Shown here piece by piece: positions 10,501 through 21,316 of a stretch of DNA of 64,000 nt. The stretch comes from a virus. The notes under the pieces were generated by a model. It did not search any database, had not been told where the DNA came from, and saw only the letters and a program-made list of their open reading frames with translations. Where the stretch lies: UHGV virus genome UHGV-0351052; one strand, 5' to 3'. Position 1 is the first letter of the stretch; every line of letters starts with the position of its first letter. Made by a program: the position numbers and the translations under genes.

Positions 10501-11349
10501 TTAATCAACTGCTATTGGATGAATAGCATTAAACTTATGAAATGCTTCTGATTTTTCTTTACGCGAAACACACATGCGAAGAACCTTTAATGGCTCGTCT
10601 TCTTCACCCAACGATTTTCGTTTTTCAATATTCGATGTTTTCCAACGAGCTTGCTCTGGAAACTCTCTATTGATTTGCTCAAGCGCTCTATTATGTTTAG
10701 AATTACTACGAATTGAACTACACCCACCGGGAGCGTGTGATTTTCCAGATACAACTAGATATTTGAACAAGGCCAAATGCGGATAACCTTGATTAATTAA
10801 ATTGAGAAATGCATACATATCTTCGCATAAATCAATTTTTCCATACCCAATTTGTTCTGTCGTAAGTTTTCCGAGGTCATACCATGTATTCGTGAATCCA
10901 TATGAGTTTTCACGATAATTACCCCAAGATGAAGTAATTTTAAAAATTGGTAGACGAGCATGACCGTGATAATACCCGCAATCCATGGCATCCTCAACGT
11001 ATTGAATCAATTCATAGAACTGTTCACGAGTTAATTGATTAATTTTATCTACGCGCCGTTTATCGTCTCTCTTTCGTATTGAACTCATACGAATAGTAGT
11101 ATCATCATCAATCATCCAGATTCGTTGACCTGCATACATATCAGTAATTGCTTTACGAGTACCGGCAATTCCGTTTACATCATCAGGAATAGTTACAATT
11201 TTAGCTCTAGACCCATAAGCATCATAATAAGCTTTTTCTTCGTGTTCACGCACTACAATATGGGGCTCATAATCAGTCGGAAACATATTAAGGGCAGAAA
11301 CTGCCCCTACACGCTGATAACTTGGAATTACGAATTGAATCATTTCCAC
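10501..11349 (-). CDS. putative glycosyltransferase (DxD motif) at the beta-gt locus; not T4 beta-glucosyltransferase
   Basis: 282 aa; RIWMIDDDTT motif; occupies T4 beta-gt position between uvsX and 42 but does not resemble T4 beta-gt. Confidence 0.5.
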   Translation of the reverse strand: MEMIQFVIPSYQRVGAVSALNMFPTDYEPHIVVREHEEKAYYDAYGSRAKIVTIPDDVNGIAGTRKAITDMYAGQRIWMIDDDTTIRMSSIRKRDDKRRVDKINQLTREQFYELIQYVEDAMDCGYYHGHARLPIFKITSSWGNYRENSYGFTNTWYDLGKLTTEQIGYGKIDLCEDMYAFLNLINQGYPHLALFKYLVVSGKSHAPGGCSSIRSNSKHNRALEQINREFPEQARWKTSNIEKRKSLGEEDEPLKVLRMCVSRKEKSEAFHKFNAIHPIAVD

Positions 11350-12080
11350 TCACCGTTATAATCTTTTTTCACAATATGAGTTTCGCCAGTATTCCACCAA
11401 TGATCAACCAAGTAAAAATGACGAGAATATACATGAAGACTTCCAACATTCCATATAATAGAACCTGCTTTATACTGACGAGTTGAATCGCCTGCATTCA
11501 AATCAGATACTAATTTATCTAATACGTATTTTTGCCATGCATAATCATTACGGAATCCGAAGACCACGTCATTTGAGCGCATGTTAACAACCGCATTGAC
11601 TTTCTTATCACGAATCAGGTACTGTACTGTATTAGTACACATGAAATCTGACATACCATCTTTATTGTAGTCAAATTGCATGGATGGACGAGTATAAATC
11701 ATGATACCACGTCGAGAATCAGGATTTTGACCAAGTTCAGCTAAACACATATCATACTGAGCATAGTTATCTTCTGACCAGATAGCCCAACCATAATTCG
11801 AGTTAATTTCGCCTTTAGAAGATGCTACTTGTTGCCAAATCTTTGGTGTTTCACCCGGAATATCTTTAACGAACAAGCTTTTAGATTTATACCATTCAAG
11901 TTCACGCTGAATGTATTCATCATTAAGAGCGCCAAAAATAAACGGTTCATCTGCTACAAATGATGCGCCAATAATTTCAATAGTTTTAACACCAGTTTTA
12001 TCAACTACGAAATCTTTTTCTTTTAATGCAAGCCCCAAATGAAGACGGATTTCTTCAACTGTCATAGAGTCACTAATCAT
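11340..12080 (-). CDS. 42: dCMP hydroxymethylase gp42
   Basis: 246 aa; matches T4 gp42. Confidence 0.9.
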   Translation of the reverse strand: MISDSMTVEEIRLHLGLALKEKDFVVDKTGVKTIEIIGASFVADEPFIFGALNDEYIQRELEWYKSKSLFVKDIPGETPKIWQQVASSKGEINSNYGWAIWSEDNYAQYDMCLAELGQNPDSRRGIMIYTRPSMQFDYNKDGMSDFMCTNTVQYLIRDKKVNAVVNMRSNDVVFGFRNDYAWQKYVLDKLVSDLNAGDSTRQYKAGSIIWNVGSLHVYSRHFYLVDHWWNTGETHIVKKDYNGEWK

Positions 12081-12087
12081 TTAAACC

Positions 12088-12237
12088 TCAATTGATACAT
12101 TCATATTTAACTTGTAACAGTAATAAACCCCAACCTAAAATAATAGTTGGAATCATAAGAGGAACCGTTACACTATAGTATATACTTATTATAATCATCA
12201 AGATTAAAAGCAATGCTGCTATAATTTTGCTTTTCAT
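12088..12237 (-). CDS. hypothetical small hydrophobic protein (49 aa, not in ORF track)
   Basis: Hand-translated MKSKIIAALLLILMIIISIYYSV...; ATGA overlap with imm stop. Confidence 0.35.
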   Translation of the reverse strand: MKSKIIAALLLILMIIISIYYSVTVPLMIPTIILGWGLLLLQVKYECIN

Positions 12238-12485
12238 TCCTTTTCTCTGATGATAATTACCTGATTTGGCTGTGCAGACTTTTTAGTTTCACCCGCAATT
12301 GACCAAATAAATGTAATAAACCAACCAATAATTGACCAGTTAAACAGTAAAGATGTGAAAAAGATTCCTACTGTCGATTTTGACCCACGCATCAAGGCAA
12401 TAAACCATGGAAGCATGTATATAATAATAGCCAACACACCTGAAACTAAAACCATAAAAATTGAACCTGCTACTAAAGTTTCCAT
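12234..12485 (-). CDS. imm: superinfection immunity protein Imm (membrane)
   Basis: 83 aa, two hydrophobic helices; matches T4 Imm. Confidence 0.75.
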   Translation of the reverse strand: METLVAGSIFMVLVSGVLAIIIYMLPWFIALMRGSKSTVGIFFTSLLFNWSIIGWFITFIWSIAGETKKSAQPNQVIIIREKE

Positions 12486-12492
12486 GTTTTCC

Positions 12493-12873
12493 TCACTTAG
12501 TCAAATTTTTTACACATGAATTATAAGAATTCACTACATACTCCATCGGAGCATTTTTACCTGTACGCCATTGGTAATTATTAGCCCAATTTGCCCAAAG
12601 TTCAGCGCAGTAGTTTTCAATTTTTTCTTCGCGTGTAATTACATCAGAATTACGATATGCTTGAGCAGATTCATCTGGACGAATAGCCTCGTCAAAATTC
12701 GCCTGCATTTGTTCTACTGTCTGTTTTGGAGCTTCTTTATAACACTTGACATTAGGATTATAAAACTTGCTTGAACAGTTTACAATTTTTCCTACATCAG
12801 ACTGATTTACTACCGGTCCTTGAGCCACACAACCAGTAAGACCTAATGCAATAACCAAAATAGCGATTTTCAT
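12493..12873 (-). CDS. putative lipoprotein (126 aa)
   Basis: Signal peptide with lipobox LTGC. Confidence 0.5.
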   Translation of the reverse strand: MKIAILVIALGLTGCVAQGPVVNQSDVGKIVNCSSKFYNPNVKCYKEAPKQTVEQMQANFDEAIRPDESAQAYRNSDVITREEKIENYCAELWANWANNYQWRTGKNAPMEYVVNSYNSCVKNLTK

Positions 12874-12883
12874 AATAATTTCC

Positions 12884-13132
12884 TCAAATGCAAGTAGTAA
12901 TTACTCCAGTAGTGCTTATGCAGGTATTACCCATTTGCACACCTAAAGATCCATTTGTATTCACATGAAGATTATCATCAATTTTAACTGATATTTTACC
13001 ATTAGTGTGAATAACGGTGCTAGATTTAATCACAGGTTGAGTATCATTTTCAACACTAACAAATGGAACTGCTACTAATGCAACTAAACACACTGCTAAG
13101 CAACCATAAACAATTTTCATTTCATTCTCCAA
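12884..13132 (-). CDS. putative secreted small protein (82 aa)
   Basis: N-terminal signal-like hydrophobic segment. Confidence 0.5.
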   Translation of the reverse strand: MENEMKIVYGCLAVCLVALVAVPFVSVENDTQPVIKSSTVIHTNGKISVKIDDNLHVNTNGSLGVQMGNTCISTTGVITTCI

Positions 13133-13150
13133 ATCCGTATCAGTAGTTGA

Positions 13151-13187
13151 TAGTTGTATAGTACCATAGAAGAACAGGGATGTAAAC
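13151..13187 (-). promoter_or_regulatory. T4-type early promoter
   Basis: conserved motif tagttgtatagtacca ... gtaaac (13182-13187) shared with 15+ other sites. Confidence 0.55.
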
Positions 13188-13274
13188 AGTTTTGTGAAAA
13201 ATTTTTAGGGAATCCAAAGGGTCCAGAATCATCTCTTTTTCATAAGTATAGATTTATATTACTTGTATGAAAAA

Positions 13275-13290
13275 GGGACCTGGAGGTCCC
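13275..13290 (-). terminator. hairpin terminator after gene 43
   Basis: gggacc-tgga-ggtccc inverted repeat 14 nt downstream of gene 43 stop. Confidence 0.55.
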
Positions 13291-13303
13291 TAGATTTATT
13301 CTA

Positions 13304-16000
13304 TCAGCCAAACAGGAAGTCTAACGAAGCTTTTTCTTCATAGTCCATACCAGCCGATTCACACATGCCTGCAAGCGGTTTAACAAACGATTTTTGGAAC
13401 AAAGTTGAGTGGTCAATCCAAGATAGTACGTCAGAACGAATTTCTTTTGGAAGTTCTGTACCAGACGGCCAAGCAATGCATTTGTCACCAAATGGATTTC
13501 CTTCACGTAATGGAAGAACCATTACTTTATTTCCATCCAAAATTGGAGCTACACCCAGACCACTAACAGCTCGACGATAAGTTAGCACACCGCGAATATG
13601 GAACGGGCATTTAAATCCTGGCCAACCTTTATCATCATATTTCGCTATATCGTTCGCAGTTTTTACTTCAGCAATAACTTTATAGTCGAGTTGACGATAT
13701 TCTTTCTCGAAGTTCTTGTAGTATTCTTGGACAGACTCTTCGCCTTCCTGAAGAATACGACGAATACTTTCTTCGAGAGCTTCTTGCACTGCTTTTGGTG
13801 TTGAACTCTGCTGAGTTTCCATACCCATGATTTTTAGATGCGGTTCAGCAAATCGCTTATCTTCCATATCATAAACGTTCAGAGCATAACGCTTTTTCGC
13901 TTTCCAAAATCCACCAACGCCCTTTGAACCAAGTGGAGGACAAGAAATAGCTTCACGGTCCATATGCATCAGATGCTCGCGGTTATTCATATAATCACAT
14001 AACTCACGATATGCAACATCAATCATAGGTTCCATCTTTTTCTTACCGAACTGATTCATAAATTCAACCAAATCGTTCTGCTCTTTGAATCGGTCAAGAC
14101 CAACTTTTTCAATAACTTTATCTACACAAACATATACCGAATCAGTATCACCTGCTGCGATAAAATCTTCACCATTAGTTCCGCATACTTTATTCAGATA
14201 TTCATTGATTTTACGAGCAATCCACTGAATACCGACTTGGCCAAAAATTGTGATAGCAGTAGCATTTCGCAAATCATAGTAACGGAAATGAATATTACCA
14301 AGAGCACCATAAAGACTGTTAATGAGAATTTTACGGTTCAGCTGATTTGTGTTAGCAAGTGTAGCAGCTTTTTCACATTCCTCAATCAGACTATTGAGAA
14401 CAGATTCAGTATAATTCGACAGTTCATTTAAGAAATCATCACTGAACTTAACATATCGTTCAACTTCTGGTTTAGTTGAACAAGACCCTGCGCCTTTCAT
14501 AATAATCTTTTTAATAGCTTCGGCATTCATTTCTTCAGCGAACATTTTCTTTTTCCAGTCTTTACGCTGGAAAAATACTTTAGCGATTTCCTTTGGAATG
14601 ATACCTTCTTGATGCTTATCATACATCCATCCATTCGGAGAACAAGAATATTCTTCACTTGGCTTAGGAGCTGTTCCTGCGATATATTCATGGATTGGAT
14701 GAACTTTAAATTGTCCACGAATAGTCTCAGGACTAATGTTAACCTGACGAATAATGCTCGGATACAGAGACGTCAAGTCAAAACTCATAATATATCGACG
14801 AGCAATTGGTTTAGGTTCAAACACAAATGCACCCGGAAAACTCTGTTTAACGTGCGAACCTTGTTGAGGAATAACCTTATGTTCACCTTTCAATGAGTTA
14901 AAAATAATAGCATCCCAAGTTTTAATAGGACTCATTACACCGGAAAAAGGCATTTTAGCGTAATAAGACATACTTAAAACTAGATCGATAAACCCGCGAA
15001 TTTTATCAATTGCTTGAACTGATTCTACGTCAATGATGTTATAACTAATGTATCGTTGATGATTAGTTTCACGAAGTTTATTAATAGGACCGTCGTATGG
15101 TAATTTACCTTTTTTGGTTTCATGTTGAGCAACTGATTCCAAAGAGAATGACGGCAAATTAGTAAATGCGAACTTCTTGTACAAATCTAAATAATCAAGA
15201 ATAGATACGCCATCAATAGAATAAATTTCTTTGCTACCGTACACATTTTGAATTAGTTTAGATTTTACTCGACCGATTGGAGAGAAGCGTTTCATACTAC
15301 GTTCACCGAGAACCATTTTAACACGATTCATGATATACGGAACGTCAAATCCCTCAATATTCCAACCGGTAAAAATAGCAGGTCGTTTCTGTTCCCAGAG
15401 ATTAATATATTCCATGAGCATATCACGCTCATTATCAAATGGCATATAAATTACTCGGTCAAGAATTTCTTGAGGAACTTCATCACCACCTTCACAGTCA
15501 AGCTTAGCAGCTAACTTTGCATCCCATTTTGATACTGAACCGTACATTGAATTCAACAAATCAAAGACGTAAAAACGATCGTCAATTGAATCATAATGAG
15601 TGATAGCATCAATTTCATATTCTGCTTTCATTGGGTCAGGAAATTTATCACCAGTAACCTCAATGTCGCAGTTAGCTACACGAACAAATTTTCGGTCATA
15701 AACAATTTCTGAACCATATGTATCACTGATGTAAGCGAGTTTAAAATCGTTCATACCGAGAGCTTCGAGACCGATGTCTTCCATTCGCTTCATCCAGTCT
15801 CGTGCATCTTTCATTGATGGAAATTTTTGAGGAGCGCAGTTTTTACCATAGATGTCTTTGTATTTTGACTCTTCCTTACAATGTCTAAACATAGTTGGAA
15901 GATATTCTACTTCACGAGTACGTTCCTTTCCGTTTTCATCAATATAACGTTCAACAATGTTATTTCCGACTGTTTCAATAGAGATATAAAATTCTTTCAT
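13304..16000 (-). CDS. 43: DNA polymerase gp43 (family B)
   Basis: 898 aa; exonuclease and polymerase motifs (DTDS); T4 gp43 length. Confidence 0.95.
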   Translation of the reverse strand: MKEFYISIETVGNNIVERYIDENGKERTREVEYLPTMFRHCKEESKYKDIYGKNCAPQKFPSMKDARDWMKRMEDIGLEALGMNDFKLAYISDTYGSEIVYDRKFVRVANCDIEVTGDKFPDPMKAEYEIDAITHYDSIDDRFYVFDLLNSMYGSVSKWDAKLAAKLDCEGGDEVPQEILDRVIYMPFDNERDMLMEYINLWEQKRPAIFTGWNIEGFDVPYIMNRVKMVLGERSMKRFSPIGRVKSKLIQNVYGSKEIYSIDGVSILDYLDLYKKFAFTNLPSFSLESVAQHETKKGKLPYDGPINKLRETNHQRYISYNIIDVESVQAIDKIRGFIDLVLSMSYYAKMPFSGVMSPIKTWDAIIFNSLKGEHKVIPQQGSHVKQSFPGAFVFEPKPIARRYIMSFDLTSLYPSIIRQVNISPETIRGQFKVHPIHEYIAGTAPKPSEEYSCSPNGWMYDKHQEGIIPKEIAKVFFQRKDWKKKMFAEEMNAEAIKKIIMKGAGSCSTKPEVERYVKFSDDFLNELSNYTESVLNSLIEECEKAATLANTNQLNRKILINSLYGALGNIHFRYYDLRNATAITIFGQVGIQWIARKINEYLNKVCGTNGEDFIAAGDTDSVYVCVDKVIEKVGLDRFKEQNDLVEFMNQFGKKKMEPMIDVAYRELCDYMNNREHLMHMDREAISCPPLGSKGVGGFWKAKKRYALNVYDMEDKRFAEPHLKIMGMETQQSSTPKAVQEALEESIRRILQEGEESVQEYYKNFEKEYRQLDYKVIAEVKTANDIAKYDDKGWPGFKCPFHIRGVLTYRRAVSGLGVAPILDGNKVMVLPLREGNPFGDKCIAWPSGTELPKEIRSDVLSWIDHSTLFQKSFVKPLAGMCESAGMDYEEKASLDFLFG

Positions 16001-16045
16001 AGATATTCCTTAGTTTATAGCCCGAGTTATTAGGCTCTTGATATA
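16001..16045 (-). promoter_or_regulatory. gene 43 translational operator (gp43 autoregulation hairpin plus Shine-Dalgarno)
   Basis: minus-strand RNA reads AAGAGCCUAAUAACUCGGGCUAUAAACUAAGGAAUAUCUAUG, matching the remembered T4 operator. Confidence 0.6.
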
Positions 16046-16060
16046 TTATACTCCAAATAA

Positions 16061-16074
16061 GGGGCCGAAGCCCC
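16061..16074 (-). terminator. UUCG-tetraloop hairpin
   Basis: ggggc-cgaa-gcccc. Confidence 0.5.
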
Positions 16075-16078
16075 TTGC

Positions 16079-16300
16079 TTAAATTAGTACTATTTGCCGG
16101 GTGAAAATTGTCAATCCATCTGCATTAATTGACTTAACGACTGCTGTAAAATGTTTTTGTTCTGGATGAACTAGTTTTTGAAATTCTACCTGAAATTTTA
16201 GTTGGAGGTTTTCTGGTAAATCAAAAAGTGTTTCTGTTGCAGAAAGATTATATTTTTCTTTAAGAGACACCATGTATTCTTGCGGGGTTATAGCAGTCAT
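16079..16300 (-). CDS. hypothetical protein between regA and 43
   Basis: ORF track 16079-16342, start trimmed to avoid regA overlap. Confidence 0.4.
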   Translation of the reverse strand: MTAITPQEYMVSLKEKYNLSATETLFDLPENLQLKFQVEFQKLVHPEQKHFTAVVKSINADGLTIFTRQIVLI

Positions 16301-16301
16301 A

Positions 16302-16670
16302 TTAATTACCAATCGTATATTTAGGAACGAGTTTCCATTCATGTTTTTGTTTAAAAGAAATAACTCGGAAGTTATTAGTTAAATCTTTCATAAAAGTTCT
16401 TTGACCAGGGACGATTTCAATCAGTCCCCAATCTTCTAACAACCATGCAATCGAATCACGACGAACTTCATCTTCTTCTGTCATTTCAACTTGACGACCA
16501 TCCATACGAAGCATTTCTTTAAAATGGACGATATAGTATAGTCCTTTTTTCTGAAGAATATGACAGGACTGATACAGAACTTTATCTTTATTATTAGCAA
16601 TTCCCATACGAGTCAAAGTTTCTTTTACTTTCAGAAAATCTTCAGGTTTTTTAAGAGTAATTTCAATCAT
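16302..16670 (-). CDS. regA: translational repressor RegA
   Basis: 122 aa identical to remembered T4 RegA. Confidence 0.85.
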   Translation of the reverse strand: MIEITLKKPEDFLKVKETLTRMGIANNKDKVLYQSCHILQKKGLYYIVHFKEMLRMDGRQVEMTEEDEVRRDSIAWLLEDWGLIEIVPGQRTFMKDLTNNFRVISFKQKHEWKLVPKYTIGN

Positions 16671-16671
16671 T

Positions 16672-17235
16672 TTACCATTCCAATGCTAGTTTTTTGAGTT
16701 GTTTCTGTTCTTTTACGTTCTTAGTCACTTCTTTCAAAAAATCATCCGTGACTAAACCTTTTAGTTCTTTTAATACTAAAGGAAGTTTTCCATTTTTAGT
16801 AAGAATTGATTTATAGTTAATTGCATCATTTGTATTAACTTGATACCGTTTAGCAAGTAACTTAATAATCAATACTTCGGTGGAATCTTCAACCAGTTTT
16901 GCCCATTTACCGTATCTTTTACCCCGAGGAACAGCAGCCATCAGATAATTAAAATGGGCTTCATCACTTAAACCTGATCCAATTAAATTCATAGCATATA
17001 CAGCTGGCATGCATTCAGGAAATTGTGATAATGCATTCTCAACCATGTATTTTGAATAATCTTTTTGAGCAATAGAGCATTTAGTTTTATTATTAATAGC
17101 TCCAATTATTTCAAAAAATTCATTTTCAGCTTTTTCTTTAAAAGAATCAGCAGCGGATTGGACAGCTGTCCAATCTTTTGAATACCAAGCAACTTGATGC
17201 TCGTTTAATTGAATATCATCTTCAAATAAGCTCAT
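16672..17235 (-). CDS. 62: clamp loader subunit gp62
   Basis: Start at internal Met MSLFEDDIQ gives 187 aa; ATGA overlap with gene 44 stop. Confidence 0.85.
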   Translation of the reverse strand: MSLFEDDIQLNEHQVAWYSKDWTAVQSAADSFKEKAENEFFEIIGAINNKTKCSIAQKDYSKYMVENALSQFPECMPAVYAMNLIGSGLSDEAHFNYLMAAVPRGKRYGKWAKLVEDSTEVLIIKLLAKRYQVNTNDAINYKSILTKNGKLPLVLKELKGLVTDDFLKEVTKNVKEQKQLKKLALEW

Positions 17236-17236
17236 A

Positions 17237-18196
17237 TCACTTCCACTGCATTTCACATGCCAATTGAATGAAAAGATATGCTAAATGTAATTCAGTATTA
17301 GCCGCAATTCCATGATACTGGTTATTTTCACCAACAATTTCATACATACGAATAATACTTTGCGGAGTTACGCGTGTATAGATTTCTTCGGCAAGTTTAC
17401 CAACGAACCACGAATAATCAGCTGCATATTTTGGTGCTAAAGCTCTGAGTTGTTTAACATCTTTATTTTTGAGAGACTCAAGAACATCATCAATAGCACC
17501 ACGATCGTTAGTAACCAGTGATAAAATACCAGCATCCAAAACACCTTTAGATGAATAACTATCGAGCTCGCCAATAGTTTTACGAAAATCAGGAAAATTC
17601 TTTTTAACCAAAGCTGCTACAACTTTCATATCAGCTATAGCAATTCCTTCACGCTTGCAGATTTCAGTCAATCGACGAATCATCTGCTTCATCATTTCAA
17701 TTTTATCTTCATCGGTCGGTTGACCGAATGTAATAACTCGGCAGCGTGACTGAAGCGGTTTAATAATACCATCAATATTGTTAGCAGTAATAATAATACT
17801 ACAGTTTGAACTATAAGCTTCCATAAAGGAACGAAGATGTCGCTGAGACTCTGCTAACCCTGAGCGGTCAAATTCATCAATAACGATTACTTTTTGACGA
17901 CCATCAAATGAAGCTGCACTCGCAAAATTAGTTAAAGGACCACGAACGAAATCAATTTTACAATCTGATCCATTCACAAACATCATATCAGCATTTACAT
18001 CATGACACAATGCTTTTGCTACAGTTGTTTTACCTGTTCCTGGAGAAGGAGAATGAAGAATAATATGTGGAATCTTACCTTTACTTGTAATAGATTTAAA
18101 GGTTTCTTTATCAAAGGCGGGAAGAATACATTCATCGATAGTAGATGGACGATATTTCTGTTCAAGAATGTGTTCTTTTTCATTTACGGTAATCAT
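17237..18196 (-). CDS. 44: clamp loader ATPase gp44
   Basis: Start at MITVNEK gives 319 aa; Walker A GTGKTT. Confidence 0.9.
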   Translation of the reverse strand: MITVNEKEHILEQKYRPSTIDECILPAFDKETFKSITSKGKIPHIILHSPSPGTGKTTVAKALCHDVNADMMFVNGSDCKIDFVRGPLTNFASAASFDGRQKVIVIDEFDRSGLAESQRHLRSFMEAYSSNCSIIITANNIDGIIKPLQSRCRVITFGQPTDEDKIEMMKQMIRRLTEICKREGIAIADMKVVAALVKKNFPDFRKTIGELDSYSSKGVLDAGILSLVTNDRGAIDDVLESLKNKDVKQLRALAPKYAADYSWFVGKLAEEIYTRVTPQSIIRMYEIVGENNQYHGIAANTELHLAYLFIQLACEMQWK

Positions 18197-18230
18197 AATT
18201 TCCTCATTCAAGTTTTAGTGTAAATTATAA

Positions 18231-18244
18231 AGGGCCGAAGCCCT
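18231..18244 (-). terminator. UUCG-tetraloop hairpin in 45-44 intergenic region
   Basis: agggc-cgaa-gccct. Confidence 0.5.
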
Positions 18245-18247
18245 TTA

Positions 18248-18934
18248 TTAAAAATCGTGGGTAGAATCAGCTTCAAGAGCTACCACATAATTCGCGTGTT
18301 CACCTTCAAATTTAGCAGCACCTTGTTTACCTTTTGCCCAGAGCAGAAGTTTATAATTTCCTGGTTGCATTTTCATATTTGCCATATTGATAATGAAATT
18401 AAATGTATTTTCACCATCATAATCACCAAGAGTCAAAGAATATTTAACACGGGTCAGAGCAGAATCTTCTACTTTATTAAAACCGTTAATTACGATTTTA
18501 CCTTCTTTTACCGTGATAGCAATTGTATCAATTTGCAGACCACGAGATACACGCAACAGTTGTTGAAGGTCTTCAGCTTTAATTTCAGTAACAACAGATG
18601 CTACCGGGAATGGAATTGGTTTATTAGGAGCAACTACTGTACTCGGATCGGCTGCTGGCCAAAAAATTGTTGAACGAGCATCAGCAATTTTAATATTTCC
18701 ATCTTCTGACTGGGAAATTTCTGCATCATCATTAACTAGCGACAGAATACCGAGAAAACCGTTCAAATCGTAAATTGCTACATCAAAATCAATAGTGTCA
18801 GAAATATTTGCTTCCGCATAAGTTGTACCATTAACTGCGCGAGTCATAATAAATTGACCGGATTTAAGCATAATACCGGAGTTAATAGTAGCGAAATTTT
18901 TAAGCAGAGCGGTAGTATCTTTAGACAGTTTCAT
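18248..18934 (-). CDS. 45: sliding clamp gp45
   Basis: 228 aa; T4 gp45. Confidence 0.9.
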   Translation of the reverse strand: MKLSKDTTALLKNFATINSGIMLKSGQFIMTRAVNGTTYAEANISDTIDFDVAIYDLNGFLGILSLVNDDAEISQSEDGNIKIADARSTIFWPAADPSTVVAPNKPIPFPVASVVTEIKAEDLQQLLRVSRGLQIDTIAITVKEGKIVINGFNKVEDSALTRVKYSLTLGDYDGENTFNFIINMANMKMQPGNYKLLLWAKGKQGAAKFEGEHANYVVALEADSTHDF

Positions 18935-18961
18935 GTAATTTCCTTCAATTCAAATGAGATT

Positions 18962-18992
18962 TAATTTTATAACTAATTTAATAAAAGCAATT
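18962..18992 (-). promoter_or_regulatory. middle promoter (MotA box TGCTT plus -10) for gene 45
   Basis: minus strand reads aattGCTTttattaaattagtTATAAAAT upstream of gene 45. Confidence 0.45.
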
Positions 18993-19380
18993 AACGATTA
19001 AAATCAGCCGCAATTGTTTCGGCAACAATTTGAGCAGCAACAATCAGACGTTCATCTGCATTGCCGCAATATTCATCTTCAAGGCGTTCACCACATGAAG
19101 TCATAATAAATTTAGCACCAGCGTTTAGGGATTCTGTAGTATGTTTGCGCATTAGTTCAATCCATTTATTACTTACTTCACGATCGATAGCTTCATAATA
19201 CGCATGACGAGCAGGTGCAGATTTAATTTTGTTCTGAATAACTTCCATTGCGTTATCAGAAAGAGACAAAACCCATGCTCGACGAATTTTATTTTGGTTT
19301 TGTGGATTTGATTCAGAACGCACGTGTTTTGGCTGAATATCTTTTACGTCAACAGTATAATTCACAGTAATTTTAGTCAT
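18991..19380 (-). CDS. rpbA: RNA polymerase binding protein RpbA
   Basis: 129 aa; position and sequence as T4 rpbA. Confidence 0.75.
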   Translation of the reverse strand: MTKITVNYTVDVKDIQPKHVRSESNPQNQNKIRRAWVLSLSDNAMEVIQNKIKSAPARHAYYEAIDREVSNKWIELMRKHTTESLNAGAKFIMTSCGERLEDEYCGNADERLIVAAQIVAETIAADFNR

Positions 19381-19389
19381 AATACACCT

Positions 19390-19578
19390 TTAGTCATAAT
19401 AATCAGTAACAGTCCAAGCTTCATTTCTATTGGACATTATTTTTGTATATTCTGCTTTAAATGCATTCCTAAGCATAGATTCAGTAACTATATGCTCTTC
19501 ATTAGAAAAATTATTTCTCAGAATATATCGTTTTATTTCAGGAATAGTTAATAGATGCTGTCCAGTTGAATATTCCAT
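19390..19578 (-). CDS. hypothetical protein (62 aa)
   Basis: ORF track. Confidence 0.45.
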   Translation of the reverse strand: MEYSTGQHLLTIPEIKRYILRNNFSNEEHIVTESMLRNAFKAEYTKIMSNRNEAWTVTDYYD

Positions 19579-19633
19579 GTTTTTCCTCCATAGAGATTAT
19601 ACTCTAATAAATTAAAGCATAATCTCTTATAAA

Positions 19634-21316
19634 TTAAACCATTACAGTAAATCGACCGACTTTCTTCATTTGAAGATGCTGACCATATTCTTGTGGGTCA
19701 TGGTCTTTATGCGAAATTATAAAAACATTAGTGTTTTTCATTGAATTTATAATATTAGCTACACCTTTAATACCTTCGGCATCAAATGACCCATCAAACA
19801 CTTCATCAAGAATTAATGTACTAATACTAACACCAGATACGATAGAAGCAATATCACGCCAAGTAAATAAAAGAGCAATATCAATTCGTGCCTTTTCACC
19901 TTCACTAAATGAAGCATAACTAAAATCTTCACGACCACGGGATTTAATTGTCTCATTAAATTCTTCATCTAATGTAAACACATAATCCGCTTCCATTATT
20001 TTAAGATAATGGTTAATCTGCTTATTAAATAATGGAATGTACTTTTTAATAATAGCACCTTTAATACCAGAATCTTTGAGCATATCAGTCAAAATTCCTC
20101 GGTGGTATTTTTCCATTACTAAATTAGTTTTTGTCTTAACAATTTTATCAAGTTCTTCTTGAAGCAGTGCTATTTCATCAGCATGGTCAATAAACTCAGA
20201 AGATGCTTTTTCTATAGCCGCTTTAACCTTTTTGGCTTTATCTACCGTCGTGATTAGAGATTGCTTTTTATTGCGAATATCATTTGCCAACGACTGTTGG
20301 GTTTTAATATTATCTCGGTATTCATCAACAAGAACTTTTAAATTATCACGATGTGTTGAAAGCTGTTCAAATGAATGTGTGCATTCAGAAACTTTATCTT
20401 TAATTTTAGAAACAACTTTATCACCGGAACTTAATTGTGACAAACAGGTTGGGCATAATCCACCTTCGTGATACATATTAATGACTTTATTATACGAGTC
20501 AATTTTTGATTTAATTAAAAATGCTTCTTGACCGATTTTATTAAATGCATCAGTCGGGTCTTCATCTAAAACAATATTAACTAATCTTTCATTAGCTTCT
20601 TCTATTTCCGATTTTAGCGTTCTAGCTTCTTTTGCCAAATCATCATACATATTTTGTAGACGAGTAAGGTTGTCACCAGTTAATTTTTTCTGGCGTTCAA
20701 CGTTATCATTATATATTTTAATTTGTTGGATAATACTATCTTTTTTAACATCAAGCACTTGGTTCTGCGAATTTAATTCACGTATTAGTGCTTTATTAAG
20801 CTTATCCATTTCAGCTAATGTTCCTACCTCAAGCAGGTCTTCCACAAGCTTTCTTCGCGCAGGGGTCGACAAACCCATGAAAGGGGTATACCCTGCTGTA
20901 CCAAGGACAACAATCTGCTTGAAACTGGCATATGACATTCCGATAAGCTGTTCAAATTCTGCTTGGAAATCTTTACTGCTGGCAGATTCATTAAGACGTG
21001 TACCGTTAACGGTGATTTCGAAAACGTTCGGTTTTTGTCCTCTTTTGATATAGTACTTTTTCTCATCATATTCCATCCACAGTTCAACTAAAAGTTCTTT
21101 CTTATTTGTGCTGTTTATTAATTGGCCTTTCTTTACATCACGGAATGGTTTGCCAAAAAGCCCAAATGTGATGGCTTCTAGCATAGTAGACTTACCACCG
21201 CCATTTCGGCCAGTAATAAGAGTTTTTTGAACCTTATCTAATTGAATGTCAATCCCATTTTGACCAACTGACATTATATTTTTATATTTTACTCTATTAA
21301 GTTTAAAATTCTTCAC
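19634..21316 (-). CDS. 46: recombination endonuclease subunit gp46 (Rad50/SbcC-like ATPase)
   Basis: 560 aa; Walker A GRNGGGKST, coiled coil, CPTC zinc hook. Confidence 0.9.
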   Translation of the reverse strand: MKNFKLNRVKYKNIMSVGQNGIDIQLDKVQKTLITGRNGGGKSTMLEAITFGLFGKPFRDVKKGQLINSTNKKELLVELWMEYDEKKYYIKRGQKPNVFEITVNGTRLNESASSKDFQAEFEQLIGMSYASFKQIVVLGTAGYTPFMGLSTPARRKLVEDLLEVGTLAEMDKLNKALIRELNSQNQVLDVKKDSIIQQIKIYNDNVERQKKLTGDNLTRLQNMYDDLAKEARTLKSEIEEANERLVNIVLDEDPTDAFNKIGQEAFLIKSKIDSYNKVINMYHEGGLCPTCLSQLSSGDKVVSKIKDKVSECTHSFEQLSTHRDNLKVLVDEYRDNIKTQQSLANDIRNKKQSLITTVDKAKKVKAAIEKASSEFIDHADEIALLQEELDKIVKTKTNLVMEKYHRGILTDMLKDSGIKGAIIKKYIPLFNKQINHYLKIMEADYVFTLDEEFNETIKSRGREDFSYASFSEGEKARIDIALLFTWRDIASIVSGVSISTLILDEVFDGSFDAEGIKGVANIINSMKNTNVFIISHKDHDPQEYGQHLQMKKVGRFTVMV

